Of a DNA stretch of 20,000 nucleotides, positions 16,993-20,000 are shown piece by piece. Below the pieces are notes generated by a model. It was not told the DNA's origin and did no database searches. It saw only the letters and a program-made list of their open reading frames with translations. How positions within the stretch are numbered: the first letter of the stretch is position 1; the number at the start of each line of letters is the position of its first letter. The DNA comes from an uncultured virus (IMG/VR IMGVR_UViG_3300044637_000715) (Duplodnaviria > Heunggongvirae > Uroviricota > Caudoviricetes): IMG/VR virus record IMGVR_UViG_3300044637_000715; one strand, written 5' to 3'. The translations under genes and the position numbers were made by a program.

Positions 16993-17777
16993 TTGGAATT
17001 GTGGGTAATGGATTTGTTGGAAATGCAGTTTATCAAAATTTAAGAGATAAGATAACTTGTAAAGTTTTTGATGTTGATAAAAATAAATCATTTAACACAT
17101 TAAATGAAGTATTGGAACAAACATTTATTTTTGTTTGTTTACCGACTCCAATGAAATCGACAGGAGAATGTGACCTTTCAATTTTAAATAGTTTTTTTGA
17201 AAATTTGCCAAAAGTTGTTGATGGTATCTTTGTTATTAAATCGACGGTTCCAATTGGAACAACTAAAAAGTATTCTAAAAAATATAAAGTAATTCATAAT
17301 CCAGAATTTTTAACTGCTAGAAATGCTGTTGAAGATTTTAGAAATTCTGAAAGAAATGTTGTTGGTGGAGATAAAAATCTTTGTCATCAGTTTGCAAATT
17401 TCTTTAAAACTATATTTCCAGAAATTCCAAGTGTTATAACTAGTTCCGATGAAAGTGAAGCAATTAAATATTTTGCAAATAGTTTTCTTGCTTGTAAAGT
17501 AGCATACTTCAATAAAATGTATGACCTATGTGAAGCAGTAGGTATGAACTATAATATTGTTTGCGATGGTGTTACCTCTGATAGTCGAATTGGAAAATCT
17601 CATACACAAGTTCCTGGTATTGATAATGATCGTGGATTTGGAGGAACCTGCTTTCCCAAAGATTTGAATTCTCTGATAGTTCAGATGGAAACGCATGGGG
17701 TGGATGCAGATATGCTAAAATCAGTTTGGTCTTATAATCAAAAAGTTCGAACAATCATGGATTGGTCCGTTACTTAA
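16989..17777 (+). CDS. Short UDP-glucose/GDP-mannose dehydrogenase family protein (262 aa)
   Basis: GNGFVG Rossmann motif, VCLPTP, KSTVP.G, NPEFL, E..KY..N, DSRIG and GFGGTCFPKD (catalytic Cys); ATGA overlap with g46. Confidence 0.9.
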   Translation: MIGIVGNGFVGNAVYQNLRDKITCKVFDVDKNKSFNTLNEVLEQTFIFVCLPTPMKSTGECDLSILNSFFENLPKVVDGIFVIKSTVPIGTTKKYSKKYKVIHNPEFLTARNAVEDFRNSERNVVGGDKNLCHQFANFFKTIFPEIPSVITSSDESEAIKYFANSFLACKVAYFNKMYDLCEAVGMNYNIVCDGVTSDSRIGKSHTQVPGIDNDRGFGGTCFPKDLNSLIVQMETHGVDADMLKSVWSYNQKVRTIMDWSVT

Positions 17778-17782
17778 AATGA

Positions 17783-17811
17783 TTGACTAACCTTTGGAAC
17801 TTTGGTATGAT
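17783..17811 (+). promoter_or_regulatory. Sigma70-type early promoter (TTGACT-N17-TATGAT, extended -10)
   Basis: TTGACT at 17783-17788, TG at 17803-17804, TATGAT at 17806-17811; GAGGT follows. Confidence 0.75.
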
Positions 17812-17834
17812 TGATTGAGGTAAATGTGCCTTTT

Positions 17835-18158
17835 ATGACTTACTCTGAATTTACTATTACTATGCCTGACACAAATGCTAATGGTTTTTGGAAATACAAT
17901 GAAGATAAAATCCTGAAACAACTTGAAGAATATATTGCTGGTACTTATGGTCAACACTATGTTGATAGAACTGGTGGTGGAACAGAACAAACACTTGATA
18001 AGATTAAACACAATCGTCGTGAAGGATTTTGTGCTGGTAACATAACCAAGTATACTGACCGTTATGATACCAAAGGAACGCCACGAGCAGACTTGTTTAA
18101 AGTTTTGCACTATACTATTCTTTTGATTAATCATCTAAATCTCGTTGAAAACAAGTGA
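17835..18158 (+). CDS. DUF3310 / SaV-like protein (family that includes T7 gp1.7-like nucleotide kinases)
   Basis: TY.QHY...QTLD...GFCAGNITKY..RY..KG...DL.K..HY pattern. The start must lie downstream of the promoter (ATG 17835 or 17862). Confidence 0.7.
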   Translation: MTYSEFTITMPDTNANGFWKYNEDKILKQLEEYIAGTYGQHYVDRTGGGTEQTLDKIKHNRREGFCAGNITKYTDRYDTKGTPRADLFKVLHYTILLINHLNLVENK

Positions 18159-18175
18159 AATTAAAACCTCAAACT

Positions 18176-18841
18176 ATGAAACTTTCTGAGTCTACTATTA
18201 CCATTCTAAAAAACTTTGCTTCAATCAATCAATCTATTTTGGTTAAGGAAGGTTCTAAACTTCGCACTATTTCTGTGATGAAAAATATTCTTGCTGAAGC
18301 AGAAATCAAAGAAGAATTCGCAAAAGATTTTGCGATTTATGACCTCAATCAATTTCTAAATGGATTGGGACTACATCAAGACCCAGACCTTGATTTTGAA
18401 AATGATTCACACGTAATTATTCGTGAAGGAAAACGTCGTGTGAAGTATTTCTTTGCTGACCCAGAAGTGATTGTATCACCACCAGAAAAAGAAATTTCAC
18501 TTCCTTCTAGTGATGTTTGCTTTCAACTAGAACACTCGCAACTCGATAAACTCATTAAAGCAGCAGCAGTTTATCAACTTCCAGACCTTTCTGCTGTTGG
18601 TGAAGCAGGTGTGATTCGTTTGGTTGTTCGTGATAAGAAGAATGATACTTCTAATGAATACTCTATTGTGGTTGGTGAGACAGATAAAGAGTTTACTTTC
18701 AACTTTAAGGTTGAGAACATTAAAATTATTCCTGGTTCTTATGACGTGGTTGTGTCAGAAAAACTTCTGTCCAAGTTCACGAACGAACGTTATAATTTGA
18801 CCTATTATATTGCTTTGGAACCAGACTCCAATTTTTCTTGA
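18176..18841 (+). CDS. g45: DNA polymerase sliding clamp gp45
   Basis: MKLSESTITILKNFASINQSI, FAIYDLNQFL, YFFADP and YYIALEPDS motifs; alternative GTG start at 18155. Confidence 0.95.
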   Translation: MKLSESTITILKNFASINQSILVKEGSKLRTISVMKNILAEAEIKEEFAKDFAIYDLNQFLNGLGLHQDPDLDFENDSHVIIREGKRRVKYFFADPEVIVSPPEKEISLPSSDVCFQLEHSQLDKLIKAAAVYQLPDLSAVGEAGVIRLVVRDKKNDTSNEYSIVVGETDKEFTFNFKVENIKIIPGSYDVVVSEKLLSKFTNERYNLTYYIALEPDSNFS

Positions 18842-18857
18842 TTTTTTATTTTATATT

Positions 18858-19397
18858 ATGAATATTTTTGTGACTGATGAGTGTCCTGTGCTTTCTGCTG
18901 TGTCACTCCCAGACAAGCATATTGTAAAAATGCCTCTAGAAACTTGCCAAATGATTTCCGTCATCTACTCCAAGTGGTATCATAATTGGGGTACTATTCC
19001 TAAAAAGGATGGAACCCCTTATAGTACTGAAAAGGGAGCATTCCGAAATCATCCTTGCACTGTTTGGGCAGCAGAGAGTTATGAAAACCTTGCCTGGTTA
19101 ATTCGGCATGGTTATGCTCTCTGTAATGAGTATCGGCATCGTTATGGTAAAGTGCATTCTTGCTTTGATAGTCTTCAAGAAGCAGAAGTTATCTTTCTTT
19201 ATAACTCACAAGAAAGTCTTCAAATTTATAAGAATGTAAAATCTTTTACTCGTGCTATGCCTGATGAATATAAATTTGATGCTAGTATTGATACTCCAAC
19301 AGCATATCAAAAATATATTGCATCTAAACCTTGGGTAAAGGACAATTACCTAAAACTTCCTAATAGAATGCCAAATTGGATTTATGAATATGCGTGA
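18858..19397 (+). CDS. Pyrimidine-dimer DNA glycosylase (DenV-like) superfamily protein
   Basis: MNIF...DKHIVKMPLE.CQM, NHPCTVWA, N..WL..HG..LC.EY..RYGK.H and AMPDEYK...AYQKY pattern. Confidence 0.7.
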   Translation: MNIFVTDECPVLSAVSLPDKHIVKMPLETCQMISVIYSKWYHNWGTIPKKDGTPYSTEKGAFRNHPCTVWAAESYENLAWLIRHGYALCNEYRHRYGKVHSCFDSLQEAEVIFLYNSQESLQIYKNVKSFTRAMPDEYKFDASIDTPTAYQKYIASKPWVKDNYLKLPNRMPNWIYEYA

Positions 19398-20000
19398 TGA
19401 TTTTATTTGGGTCGAGAAATATCGACCAAAGACTATTGAAGATTGTATTCTTCCAGAAAATATTAAGAAAACATTTAGTGATTTTCTTAATAAGGGTGAA
19501 ATTCCAAATTTGCTTCTTGCTGGTCCTCCTGGAGTAGGAAAGACTACAGTAGCAAAGGCATTATGTAATGAGTTAGGAGTAGATTATTATGTCATTAACG
19601 GATCTGACGAAGGACGATTTTTGGACACGGTACGGAACCAAGCAAAGAACTTTGCTTCGACCGTTTCACTTCAAGGAACTGGTAAACATAAAGTCATCAT
19701 TATTGATGAAGCAGATAACACAGGAAACGACGTACAACTCCTTCTACGGGCTAATATTGAGACGTTTTATAACAACTGTAGATTCATTTTCACCTGCAAC
19801 TATAAAAACAAAATCATCGAACCTCTCCATTCCAGATGTGCAGTTGTTGAGTTCAGTATCAAAGGAAAAGAAAAAGCCCAGTTGGCAGGATCCTTCTTCA
19901 AGCGTCTTCAAAAAATCTTGGATGAAGAAAGTATTAAATATGATCCAAAAGTCCTTGCGGAATTAATCAATAAGCACTTTCCTGATTGGAGGAGAGTTCT
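19390..20000 (+). CDS. g44: Clamp loader large subunit gp44 (3' truncated by window edge); not in the ORF track
   Basis: ATG at 19390 reads MRDDFIWVEKYRPKTIEDCILP...GPPGVGKTT (Walker A)...INGSDE...IIDEAD...FIFTCNY...LHSRC; frame open to the window end. Confidence 0.96.
   Translation, partial: MRDDFIWVEKYRPKTIEDCILPENIKKTFSDFLNKGEIPNLLLAGPPGVGKTTVAKALCNELGVDYYVINGSDEGRFLDTVRNQAKNFASTVSLQGTGKHKVIIIDEADNTGNDVQLLLRANIETFYNNCRFIFTCNYKNKIIEPLHSRCAVVEFSIKGKEKAQLAGSFFKRLQKILDEESIKYDPKVLAELINKHFPDWRRV

Noticed and set aside
19589..19966. 125-aa plus-strand ORF from the ORF track
   Set aside because: Alternative frame inside g44, whose true frame starts at 19390 and runs off the window.
1..20000. tRNA genes, CRISPR arrays, inteins, DGR repeats
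   Set aside because: Intergenic gaps are too short for tRNAs or arrays, core proteins are of normal length without intein motifs, and I saw no long repeated segments by eye.

Overview
AT-rich segment of a T4-like myovirus genome, most likely a cyanophage-type (Kyanoviridae-like) phage judging from gene order and protein style; the host cannot be determined from this window. All convincing genes are on the + strand. The late/virion module runs g18 (partial), g19, g20, a small prohead-core-like ORF, three extra putative virion genes, g21, g22, g23 (with a terminator), g3, uvsY, a GIY-YIG homing endonuclease, uvsW and an Sm-like hypothetical. The early/replication module follows: g55, g47, a hypothetical, g46, a short UDP-glucose dehydrogenase, a DUF3310-like gene, g45, a pyrimidine-dimer glycosylase-like gene and g44 (partial). 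Most notable: (1) a free-standing GIY-YIG gene appears to sit inside the 5' end of uvsW, leaving an orphan 'MANIII' start upstream while uvsW's first in-frame ATG lies inside the endonuclease gene; (2) back-to-back sigma70 promoters share a 15-bp palindrome at the late/early boundary, and one is a perfect consensus firing antisense into the late genes with no ORF to transcribe; (3) a gene cassette sits between portal and protease, including a protein with an acidic/basic repeat N-terminus fused to a fibre-like C-terminus. All product calls come from motif recognition and synteny, not from database searches.
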